From positions 131,814,001-131,878,000 of the forward strand of contig CM059431.1 in the NCBI GenBank assembly GCA_030390025.1: a DNA stretch of 64,000 nucleotides. The letters are read 5' to 3'. The notes below the pieces were generated by a model, which worked only from the letters and a program-made list of their open reading frames with translations, made no database searches and had not been told where the DNA came from. This stretch comes from Squalus acanthias (lineage: Eukaryota). Positions within the stretch are counted from its first letter, which is position 1; each line of letters opens with the position of its first letter. The translations under genes were made by a program, and so were the position numbers. Shown one piece after another: positions 25,801 to 37,678 of this stretch.

Positions 25801-27972
25801 AAAGGGTAGTAGGGATAAACCAGGGAATTACAGGCCAGTGAGCCTAACATCAGTGGTAGGGAAATTATTGGAAAAAATTCTGAGGGACAGAATTAGTCTC
25901 CACTTGGAGAGGCAAGCATTAATCAAGGATAGTCAGCATGGCTTTGTCAGGGGGAGATCATGTCTAACCAATTTGATTGAATTTTTCAAGGGGGTGACTA
26001 GGTGTGTGGATGAGGGTAGTGCAGTTGATGTGGTCTACATGGACTTCAGTAAGGCTTTTGACAAAGTCCTGCATGGGAGGCTGGTCAAGAAGGTAAAAGC
26101 CCATGGGATCCAGGACAATTTGGCACATTGGATCCAAAATTGGCTTAGTGGCAGGAGGCAGAGGGTGATGGTCGAAGGTTGTTTTTGTGACTGGAAGCCT
26201 GTGTCCAGTGGTGTACCGCAGGGATCGGTGCTGGGTCCTTTGCTGTTTGTAGTGTACATTAATGATTTAGATATAAATGTATGAGGTATGATCAGTAAGT
26301 TTGCAGATGACACGAAAATTGGTGGAGTGGTAAATAGCGAGGAGGGAAGCCTCAGGCTATAGGACGATATAGACGGGTTGGTCAGATGGGCAGAACAGTG
26401 GCAAATGGAATTTAACCCTGAAAAGTGTGAGGTGATGCATTTTGGGAGGACTAACAAGGCAAGGGAATACACAATGAATGGTAGGACCCTAGGAAGGACA
26501 GAAGATTATAGGGACCTTGGTGTGCATGTACATAGATACCTGAAGGCAGCAGGACAGGTAGATAAGGTGGTTAAAAAGGCATATGGGATACTTGCCTTCA
26601 TTAGCCGAGGCATAGAATATAAGAGCAGGGAGGTTATGATGGAGCTGTACAAAACGCTAGTTAGGCCACAGCTGGAATTCTGTGTGCAGTTCTGGTCGCC
26701 ACACTATAGGAAGGATGTGATTGCATTGGAGAGGGTGCAGAGGAGATGCACCAGGATGTTACCTGGGCTGGAGCGCTTCAGCTATGAAGAGAGACTGGAC
26801 AGGCTGGGGTTGTTTTCCTTAGAGCAGAGAAGGCTGAGGGGGGACCTGATTGAGGTGTACAAAATTATGAGGGGCATAGATAGGGTAGATAGAAAGGAAC
26901 TTTTCCCCTTAGTAGAGGGGTCAATAACCAATTTCAAGGTAAGGGGCAGGAAGTTTAGAGGGGATTTGAGGAAAAAAAAATTCACTCAGAGGGTGGTTGG
27001 AATCTGGAACTCACTGCCTGAAAGGGTGGTAGAGGCAGGAACCCTCACAACATTCAAGAAGCATTTAGATGAACACTTGAAACGCCATAGCATACAAGGC
27101 TATGGACCAAGTGCTGGAAAATGGGATTAGAATAGACAGGGCTTGATGGCCGGCGCGGACACGATGGGCCGAAGGGCCTGTTTCTGTGCTGTATAACTCT
27201 ATGACCCTAAGTGAAGTAAATCTGGCCATGGTGATGCCATCGCTGGCCTCCCGGGCGGCAATGTTGTCAGGGGCTGATGTCCTGTGTCCTGTGCAGCATC
27301 AGGTGATTGCGGAGAAGGTTGGTGATGTTGTGGTGATGTTGGTGTGCCTGGTGATGTTGGTGTTGGTGCTGATCGTGGAGGGATTCGGAGGACCAAGTTC
27401 TGATTGTTTCAAGGGCACCGATGTTGCTGCAATAGATGGCAGCTGCAGGTGAGATGACAGAAGCGATCTGTCAGTGGTGAGAGAGGTTGTTCCAATGAGG
27501 TGGCACTGGACATACAGTTGCCTCTAAACATTTGCAAGCTAAAGAAATCTCTATATGTATTACAAATGAAGTAACCAACAGTTTCTGTGCTCTGAAACTG
27601 ACCATCTGCAACATGGCATCCTTTACACCACTTCTGCAGCTGTCAGCTTATCAGATACACCAGTGTAGACTCAACTCACGCCAGGGTGAGCTGGCGTGTT
27701 CCCTGAGCAGCGGGTAACCCGTGGGGGAGCACATAAAATTGAAAGGAAGCCTTGAAATACCATTAAATTGGCTCTTAACAAGCCATTTAATGAGCTCAAT
27801 TGCCTCCCCCACCGCTTGGTGTCGGGTCAGTTCTCCGCTGACAGACCCGACACCTGGGAGACTCGCTTGTAGGTGGGTTGACAGCGGGTTTCCTACCCAC
27901 TGTCAATCTTTGCTATTTTAACAGTGGACCCGCCTCCTAACCCGCCCTCTGAGCGCCGGCAAAATTCTGGCC
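22872..27972 (+). mobile_element. Non-autonomous Harbinger element (about 1.8 kb) split by a CR1
   Basis: TIR GGCCGCAATTTT / AAAATTCTGGCC with flanks TTA/TAA. Degenerate Myb/SANT exon APRLSNDSLHMLVEGVTARREVLFP. Homologous, in inverted orientation, to 57086-58831. Confidence 0.85.
23896..27208 (+). mobile_element. CR1 LINE with the ORF1 SGNH-esterase C-terminus and a complete but disrupted ORF2
   Basis: ORF1 tail VVISGLLPVP...LYKSDGLQLYRNGT. ORF2 starts at 24338 (YFNARSL, ITETWL, GVYYRPP, GDFNFP, SDHN) and continues into RT. Tail ACTCTATGAC; AAG duplicated at the junctions. Confidence 0.95.
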
Positions 27973-28952
27973 TAAGTTAAACATCTCCTGGAAAACTTGA
28001 TCCTGGAAAAGCTGCTGGCACTGATTGCTCAGCTTCTTCAAGCTCATTCTGAGAAACTATCTGTATCCAAATCTTATATTTTAACTGTCACTTTTAGCCT
28101 GTGTTGTTCTATCCAAATGTAATGCAGCAAGTACTGTGGCTATCCACAAGAAGGAACAGAGCCTTCACTACACACCAAAATTCCACTTTCAGTGGTGTCA
28201 GCAGTAAACTCCGATGAATGAGAAGTTGTTATAAGATCTGCCACAACAACCTGCTCATTTGGTTTTAAGGGCAAATTGCCAGAAACAGATTAACAATTCT
28301 ATTTGCATTGTTTAATAGAAGATCGAACCTGTGCTATTTCTCCAAAGACTTTCTGTGCTCCTAATCGGGTCTTCTTAGTACATCTGTCTTTGTTACATTT
28401 CTCTCTGGCTGCACCCTGCTGTTTTGCCACCTTATGCAAATATACAAAATACCATCAGTAAATTAGTCCAGACAGACCTCCCCACCGAGACCATGTCCTG
28501 AACACCAGTGCACACGCCAGTACTTTTGTCTCTTAAACAACTTAAATGGAAACTGATAGTGCCAGCACCACAATAATGGATGTCAGCATTCTGGGGTATC
28601 ACAACAACCTGGAGTGGCACTACATCCTGCTTCATACCACGTGACAAAAAGACCACCATAGATGATTCACACCAAGGGTTTTTTTTACTGTTTAATTGTT
28701 ACCATTCATAAGCGAAGCACGTACATTGTATGAATAAATACTGTATATCACGCGGTTAAATACAATGTTGAATGAGACTAACATAATTCTTTTTTAATTG
28801 GTGCCTCCGAGTTTCGCTCATGGCAGAAGTGTTGGATTCAAATATCCTCATGTACAATATCCTTTATATGTATGTGCATTTTTAATTGCTGCATTATTGA
28901 TATTTGATCAAGACTGCCAAATCTTTTCATTATCTTCAGTATAATTCCCTAA

Positions 28953-29417
<465 letters not shown>

Positions 29418-29489
29418 TAAACATTAGCTCCACATTGACACAGCAGTATTTACACTGGTACCTGCCAGTCAGTAATTTAGAAGTGTATA

Positions 29490-30960
29490 GATTTACATAG
29501 AATATAAAGCACAGAAACAGGCCATTCGGTTCAACCGTTCCATGCTGGCGTTTATGCTCCACTCAAGCCTCCTCCCATTCTTCCTCCTCTAACTCTATCA
29601 ACTTAACCCTCTATTCCCTTCTCCCTCATATGCTTATCTTGCTTACCCTTAAATGCACTTATACTGTTCGCTTCAACCACTCCCTGTGGTAGTGAGTTCC
29701 ACATTCTCACCACTCTTTGGGTAAACAAGTTTCTTCTGAATTCCCTATTTGATTTCTTGGTGACTATCTTATATTGATGGCCTCTAGTTTTGCTCTTCCC
29801 ACAAGTGGAGACACTCTCTCTTTGTCTACTCTATCAAAACCTTTCATGATTTTAAAGACGTCTATTAGGTCACTCCTCAGCCATCTCTTTTCAAGAGAAA
29901 AGAGACTTAGCCTGTTCATCCTTTCCTGATAGATATAACCTCACATTTCTGATATCGTCCTTGTAACTCTTTTTTGCATCCTCTCCAGTGCCTCTATATC
30001 CTTTTTATAATATAGCGACCAGAACTGTACACAGTACTCCAAGTGTGGTTTAACCATGGTTCGATACAAGTTTCACATAACTTTACTACTTTTCAATTCT
30101 ATCCATCTAGAAATAAACCCTAGTGCTTGACTTGCTTTTTTATGCAATTGTTAATCTGCGTCACAACTTTTAGTGCTATGTGTATTTGTACTCCTAGATC
30201 CATTTGCTCCTCTACCCCATTTAGATTCTTATTTTCCAAGTAATATGTGACCTCCTTATTTTTCTTACCAAAATGTAATACCTCACAGTAATCTGTGTTG
30301 AAATTCATTTGCCAATTATATGCTCATTCTGCAAGTTTATTAATGTTCTTTTTGCAATTTGTTGCAGTCATCCTCAGTATTGATTATCCCCCCCACCATT
30401 TGGTGTCATCCGCAAATTTAGAAATTGTTTTTTTGATTCCAAAGTCGAAATTGTTAATATAAATTGTGAACAACAGTGGTCCCAACTCTGATCCTTGTGG
30501 GACCCCACTTTCCACCTTCTGCCACTCTGAATAGCTACCCTTTACTCCTACTCTCTGCTTTCTGCCTAGCAGCCAGCTAGCTGTCCATTCTGCTACTTGT
30601 CCCCTGACGCCGCATTCTCTGACCTTATTCAGTAGTCTATTATGTGGTACCTTATCGAAGGCTTTTACGAAATCTAGGTAAATGACATCTACTACATTAC
30701 CCTTGTCTACTCTCTCTTTTACCTCTTCAAAGAATTCAGTAAGGTTGATCAAGCAAAAATTTCTGTTTTGAAATCCATGCTGACTATACATTATATTTTT
30801 GGTTTCTAGATGTTTTTCTATGTTCTCCTTTAGTAGGAATTCCATTATTTTTCCGACCACCGATATTAAGCTGACTGGTCCCCTACACATGTTCTATCTC
30901 CCTTCTGAAATAAAGGTATAACATTAGCTATCCTCCAGTCCTCTGGCACTACACTTTTTT
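29490..30960 (-). mobile_element. Older 5'-truncated CR1 LINE
   Basis: ORFs 30384-30890 ([21 protein letters not shown]) and 30120-30308. Confidence 0.9.
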
Positions 30961-32646
30961 AAACAAATTATTAAATATGTGTAGTAATTTAAAGCATTAG
31001 CATTCTAATACACATTTCAGTATAGATGCAGGAAAAGTAAAAATGGCTACAATTTTCATGACTTCATTTAGAAATGCATAGAAGTTACAATATGGAAACA
31101 GGCTGTTTGGCCCAACCAGTTCATGTTTACCCTCCACATGAGCAAATAGTCCTGATCACATTTATCCATCCTGTTCCCATATCCCTTATAGAAGTTACCA
31201 TCAAGATCCTGTTTAATATAAAAGATCAATATGTATTTCTCAATGCTCACTTGGCATATTTTATTTACAACGGTCAATAGTGAAATTTTAATATAAAGAC
31301 TGATGGCAATGAATCGTACATTGACATAGTAAATCAATATATAAGGGTTAATTTTATGCTAGATAGTCTTGGCTTAAAGCTCCAATATTGTGCAGCTTAA
31401 TGCTCAATTCCTTTGTTGAACATTTTCCTCACCAATTGTTCTGTTTAAAGTTGCCTTTCAACATGTAAACTCCTTCTTCTAGAAGGGATGGACCCTTTGC
31501 TCCTCTCCTCCTGTCTGTGGAAGCCAATGTAAGTCAATTGAGGTGCTCCACTTTCTGTGGGAGAGACCAGGATGGACAAAGACTATGGGCTCAATTTTAA
31601 TAGCTCTGAGGAGGCGGGTTTGGAGGCGGGTCTGTCGCAAAAATCAGAAAAAATGGCTTCAGACAACCAACCCGCCTCCATCTCGCCCCCACCCGATTTT
31701 CGCGAGTGTCTGTTTAGCTGCTCCCAAACTGACCCGACTGGAACCGATGAATCAGGTAGTTAAGGCAGTTAACAGCCTGTTAACTGCCTTGCCAATCCTA
31801 TTTTTATAGTTGTTTCCCATTTTCGTGCTTCTGGCTCCTGTTTCCCGACTTATCACAAACAGGCCAGGTTCAAGGAGACGAGTTGCTAGCGGACATGATT
31901 TGTAGTCATTGGTGGAGCGCTTTAAAAGCGCCCCTGAAACATGGCTGACATTCAAATGCAACAACTTTGATGTTGTAGGTATGGGATAAGATTTTGCACA
32001 TCTACTGACCTTGTGACTGTTCAAGCTGACACCTATCTGCAGTGTGACCTGAATGGAATAATTTCAGGCCATTTCGACTGTGCGCTTGCAAGCTTGTTGC
32101 CTCAAATGAAATCTATAGCAAGGGGATGGGAAACATTTATGCTCTCTCATCCTGGTCCTCATAATCGGAGGAGTAGCAGCAGCGTGGCTCAGCGCAGATC
32201 TTCCTGGGAAGAGGAGGAGGAGGAGGATGAGGGGTGCCTTGCATTCCCTGTTATGACCAATGCAGCATCTCTCCAGTTCACTGCTACCCGTCAAGCAGGG
32301 TATGCACACTGCCATGCCATATTAGCATAAGCTTACTCTTCAACCATAGGTGGCTACCATATGGCTCTATAATTGCAGGCGACACCTGTCCAACGTCATA
32401 CATCATCTCTGCTATACCCTGTTATTTCCTATCACTTTCACCATCAGCATTACAAAAGCAAGTCGCCCTGAGCCCTCAATGCGTTTTTGCCATTTCCCAG
32501 AACACATAGGCCACACAATCAACTGTTTGCTCTAATTTTTCTTTTACACATGACAAAAGGATAATAAACCAACAAAAGTCAGTAAAAAAAAGACAAAACA
32601 CCCAAGTGAGTCCCCTTGTGACTATAGGTGCTTAATCTTTCTCTTA

Positions 32647-33083
32647 CATAGAAACATAGAAACATAGAATCTAGGAGCAGGAATAGGCCATTCGGCCCGT
32701 CGAGCCTGCTCCACCATTCAATACGATCATGGCTGATCATCCAAATCCAGTACCCTGTCCCTGCTTTAATCCCCACAGTACACATATCCCACCCTACCCC
32801 CGTAACCCCACGTATTTAATTCCCCCTAACATATCCCATCCTATCCCCATAACCCCACATATTTAATCCCCCCCTAACACTAAGGGTCAATTTATCATAG
32901 CCAAATCAACCTAACCCGCACATTTTTGGACTGTGGGAGGAAACCGGAGCACCCGGAGGAAACCCACGCAGACACGGGGAGAATGTGCAAACTCCACACA
33001 GACAGTCACCCGAGGTCAGATTCGAACCCGGGTCCCTGGTGCTGTGAGACACCAGTGCTAACCACTATGCCACCGTGTTGCCC
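32647..33083 (-). mobile_element. HE1-type V-SINE (tRNA head, V domain, CR1-derived tail)
   Basis: Minus strand has A box TGGCATAGTGG, B box GTTCGAATC, V-domain GGGTTTCCTCCGGGTGCTCCGGTTTCCTCCCAC, two ~47-bp tandem units, and a (TTTCTATG)n tail shared with the CR1s at 39881 and 49983. Confidence 0.9.
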
Positions 33084-34989
33084 TATGTGGTGCTTCTATG
33101 TGGTGCTTCCCCCGTGGCTTCAGCAGATGTAGAGGCACCTTGCTGACTAGTATGCTGCGCCTGCTTAGACGCCTTTGGCGGGCGTCCTCTGGGTTTGGGA
33201 GCCTGGGAGGGCTCTTCAACAGTCTGCTCTTCCTGCGGCTGTGCAGGGGCTGAAATGGCCATCTCAGTTGTCTCTGCAAAGTGGGTCTCTGACCGAGGGT
33301 GGCATGGTCATGTGAGCGCTTTGAGAGGAGCCCACACTTCCTTCTGTCTTGCCAACAACATCCCTCTCATGGGTCAGCCGCACCTCAGTGCTGGCAAGTG
33401 GCTGGAGAGCACCTTGCTGCACATCAGGGGGACCATGAGGACCTGTATCTGCACTGGCAGTCCTCATCATAAGGACGTCCATGAAGCTCTGGTCTCCCTG
33501 CTCAATAGCTGCCCATCGCTCCTCTAGAGATGACATTCTATTCTGAACAGTCACCATGTTTTCCTGACTCTGGTGACTTATTTCCTCCATGGCGGTAGCC
33601 ATCCTTTCCACGGAGGTTGCCATCCCATCCATGGAGGTTGCCATCCTATCCATGGTGGTACGTTTATGCGCCATTGCCTCCACCACGGCAGTGCTGATGT
33701 TAGAGATGAACTCATCCATTCCATCCACACTCGCACTAACCCTGGAGGCAAACCCTTCCAGAGACTCCTGCACTTGTTCCTTTATTTCCCGAGACGCTCT
33801 TTTTCTGGATAGTCCCAGAGGCACAGTGTCTGCATGCAGCTCAGCAGATCTAGGAGATTGCTGCCACCTCCGCCGAGGACACTCCACTGCTGTCGCTGTC
33901 TCCACCATCTCCTGATGCTCACTTGTGCGCTATGATAGACCAGGTGGCAACACTACTCTAACTCGCGATGGCCCCACTGAGGTGTGCGTTGCTGCGCTGG
34001 TGCTGGGTGCACTGAGTCCTGATGACGCTGCTCCCTCAGAGGCTTCAGGTTCCTCTGAGGAGTTGTCCGGCTCTTCGTCCTGGATCGTGGGGAGGGGGGC
34101 ACTCGATGGTCCTGTGGGAGAGTAAAGGCATGATTTAGACATCTGATATTGATGTAGCAGACACATCCTTTTGAGCAGATGATACAACGCAATTCTCTAT
34201 GAACATCATATGCCATTGCATTCTGAGAGGGATGAAACTCTATTATGTCACCAGCTTCCTCTAGTGTGCCCGTCTCTCCATTGCCCACTTCCAGGTCCTC
34301 GCCACCTCCAACAATCTCGTTTGCAGCCACCTCAGCTCTGGTCAATGTGGCAAGGGTAGGTGTTCCTCCTCCAGTCATTGCTCTCTCCCTCTTCTTGTGG
34401 GCTATCTTTCCCTGCAAGGAGGGACACAAGCGGTGTTTCAGCCACAGTGATGGAGTGAGTGTGAATAAGAATAGAAGCTTTGAGGGAGACGAAGATGGGG
34501 TAAGGTGCCAAGAGGAAGCTAGCTCCCTGTGCGTTGTTAGTTGTTGTCACTGCATGACAGTGAGAACGAGTCTAAAGGGTGCATAGGCAGGATGCTGAAG
34601 TGATTCAGTGCAGAGACAGAGAATGATAGGTAAGGGTGAAAGGGAAGTAAGGGTAAGGTGGGATGTGGAGGAGCAGGCTTACAACGCAGCGTGTTGGTGA
34701 TGAGAAGAGAAGAGAAACAGATTGAAGGTAAGTCTGATGGGATACTCACTTTTGATGTTCACAGAAGATCATTAAACCTTTTTCGGCACTGGATCCATGA
34801 GCGTGAACATATGGACCTTGCGCTGACCTCCTCAGCAATGCGCAGCCAGGCTGCCTTGGTCTGCTGAGGAGGCTTCCTCTGGCCATCAGGAGGGAAGAGA
34901 ATCTCCCTGCACCCTCTGACAGCATCCACAAGAGCATGGAGGGAGTCATCATTAAATTGAGGAGCTGCCTTGCCTCTGGAAGAAGTCAT
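33084..34989 (-). pseudogene. Harbinger Myb/SANT-like DNA-binding protein gene, 3 exons (34989-34750, 34411-34252, 34111-~33084)
   Basis: Exon 1 reads MTSSRGKAAPQFNDDSLHALV...AAWLRIAEEV...WIQCRKRFNDLL*TSK|GTGAGT. Exon 2 reads TTGCAG|GKIAHKKRERAMTGGG...G|GTGACA. Exon 3 starts CCACAG| and is in frame with ORFs 33930-34187 and 33264-33908. Splice phases are consistent. Two in-frame stops and a late frameshift. Confidence 0.85.
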
Positions 34990-35919
34990 TGCATATAAAT
35001 CAATATCAATAAGTCCAGGAATCCACAAGAGAAAGGCTTAGGCTGAATGGCAGCTTTAAAACCAGCAGCTATGATGCCGACCCGATCCCACTCATTGGAC
35101 CGGCCAGCGCGCCTCATTGAAATCAGCAAGCTCATTAAATCAAAATCGGACATCAGCAGCTGATCCCGCCGGAAGCGGCTCCGGAACCCGCCCACCATGC
35201 AACCCGACTCCAACCCGCCTCGGGAATTAAAATCGAGCCCTCTATATTTCTGAGGGTCTCCCTCAGCTGACTAGCTAAACTATGAGGGAAGCATGCAGAA
35301 TCTACTGGGTTTTCAATCCATTCTGCTGCCAGACAACAGAGTCTGGGGAGGGGGAGAGAAGGGCGCCAAAATTTACTAGGACCAATCCCATCTTTCAAAA
35401 CTGCTCCTTCTGTTAACAGATCATGGAAGAGCATTGACAGTACACAATGGGAGTAGATGGATGCACTGTAAAGGAGTAACATAAGAATTAGTTCCGCCAT
35501 GCAATAAGATTATGGATGATCTTCGAACTCAACTCTACTTTCCCGCCCCATGTCCCTTGATTTTCCTAGAGTCCAAGGGCTAGAAATTTGTTATAGCCAA
35601 GAAATTGGCAGTGATTAGATTAAAAATGGTTAAGTAGCGCCACCTGAAAACACAAAATTCATCCTCACTCCTCATTAAAATGATTGCAGTCATGATTCTC
35701 ATCTAAAAACTCAAGCTCATTGGTGTTACATTGAAAAGCTGGACCAATATCGGGGGGCAGTCTAAACGCAAGTAATGATTGCCACAGGCTTTTTTCACTA
35801 CTTAAAGGGGAGGTTCATTGATGCTGCAGCACCTCATTCTCAGCATTGTTGGGTGTGCAGCTGCCTCATCAACTATAAGAAGAAAAAGGACAAGGAGAAG
35901 GAACACTTATTTACAAATC

Positions 35920-36165
35920 ATGATGGCAGATTGCCGCCCTAGGGAGAGAGCCCGAAGGTTTTCGGATGAAGCTTTGGAGGCATTGGTTTTAGCGGTGGAG
36001 AGACAGAAGGCGGTCCTGTACCCGGCACCTGGCAGGAGGCCCTCGCTACAAGTCTGCCGGACTATGTGGAGGGAGGTGGCATACAACGTCACGGGCAGCA
36101 CTGTGGTCCCCAGGACCCACACACAGTGGAGGAAGAAGTTTAACAAGCTCACACGGGTGGTCAGG
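35920..36165 (+). pseudogene. Harbinger Myb/SANT-like exon 1 (downstream exons missing)
   Basis: MMADCRPRERARRFSDEALEALVLAV...MWREVAYNV...RTHTQWRKKFNKLTRVVR followed by the donor GTGAGT. Confidence 0.85.
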
Positions 36166-36544
36166 GTGAGTGAAGGCTTTTACAAATGCTACATACCACC
36201 ATCTGTACCACACACTGCTCAATGCACCACACCCCCAACACTCACCCACCAACAGACTCTACCTAGCAACATTCACACCCACATCTCACACCTTGCACAC
36301 AATGACAGCTATTCAAATATGGCAGGCACAAGGGTCATTAGTTATTAGAATTTATGTGATATGTGTGATATGTTTATAGCTAAATTTATTAATTGCGTTT
36401 GGAATATTTTGTGGTCTCTCTCATTTCAGCTTTGTGCCCAGGAGGACGCTGTGATATGCATGAAACAGGGATTGTATGATGGGGATGTGGCGAGCTACGG
36501 GAATCTGGGGTTTCATTCATACGAATCAGAGTCCGATGAGCATG

Positions 36545-37678
36545 TCACGGACAGCCCGTCCGGAAGGCCGATTGTCTCGCTGCCTCCGCCCTTCCCTCCT
36601 GTTCCTCTACCTCCTCATCCTCCTCTGCCTCGTCGTCCACCTGAGGTGGCCCCGCAATCCCTGCTGGCAAGGGCTGTGACCTCATGATGGCCAAGTTGTG
36701 GAGCATGCAGCAGACCACCACGAAATGGGACACCTGCTCTGGCGAGTACTGGAGGGCTCCTCCCGAGTGGTCAAGGCAGCGAAACCGTTGCTTCAGTAGG
36801 CCGATGATCTGCTCAGTGATGTTCCTGGTAACAGCATGGCTCTCATTATATGAGTGTTGGGCATGAGTGTTGGGATTGCAGAGGGGAGTCATGAGCCGGG
36901 TGCAGAGTGGATAGCCCTTATCTCTGAGTAGCCACCCTCGAGCTTGACGTAGTGGCTGGGAGAGTGCTAGCACACCGGACTGGCGCAGGATGAAGGCATC
37001 GTGGCTGCTGCCAGGATAGCGGGCATTGATGTTGAGGATTCGCTGTGTGTGGTTGCACACAAACTGCACATTAAGTGAGTGGTAGCCTTAGCGGTTACGG
37101 AACATCTCAGGATTGTTATGCGGTGCCCGCAAAGCCACGTGGGTGCAGTCGATGGCACCCTGCACTATCGGGAAGCCCGCTATCCTGGCAAAACCACATG
37201 CACACTCATCCTGCTTCTCTCTGGTGATCGGGAAACCAATGTAGTCCCTTCTCCTGCTGTAGAGAGCCTCAGTGATCTCCCAGATGCATCTATGGATGGC
37301 GAACTGTGAGATGTTAGCTATATCTCCTGCTGTAGACTGGAAGGATCCGCTGGCAAAGAAACTGAGGGCCATGGTGACCTTGAATGCCACTGGGAGAGCC
37401 GTGGTCACCCTAGTCCGAGGCTGGAGGTCTGGTTGCAGGAGGTGGCAGAGTTCTGTGACCACCTCCTTGGTGAAGCGAAGCCTCCTAATACACTGCTGCG
37501 CTCTTAATTGAAGGTAGGAAACATGATGTCGAAAGACCCTAGGAGGTTAAGGCCTCCTGTTGAGAGCCCTGATGGTCCTCCTCCTTCCTCTGCGCACATG
37601 TTCCCATCTTTCTCACTGCCTCCACTCCCTCCGCTGTAGATCCTGGAGTGTGAGGTCAACTGCCAGTACAGCCCCTGT
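36545..37678 (-). pseudogene. Harbinger (HARBI1-like) DDE transposase, full length but inactivated
   Basis: One reading frame contains GAIDCTHV, NR*GYHSLNVQ, YPGSSHDA, LLRDKGY, EQIIGLLKQRFRCL and CCMLHN. Stops at codons starting 37615, 37549 and 37090. The presumed start codon now reads ACA. Confidence 0.93.

Larger units (their letters stand above)
31587..35240. mobile_element. PIF/Harbinger element retaining the Myb/SANT gene, transposase internally deleted
   Basis: TIR GGGCTCAATTTTAA / TTAAAATCGAGCCC (13/14) and subterminal GAGGCGGG repeats. A short acidic remnant (WEEEEEED, about 32205-32230) lies on the + strand, convergent with the Myb gene. Confidence 0.9.

Noticed and set aside
33010..33083. 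tRNA gene
   Set aside because: The A/B boxes belong to the SINE head and run into the V domain; no complete cloverleaf is evident. The same applies at 44262.
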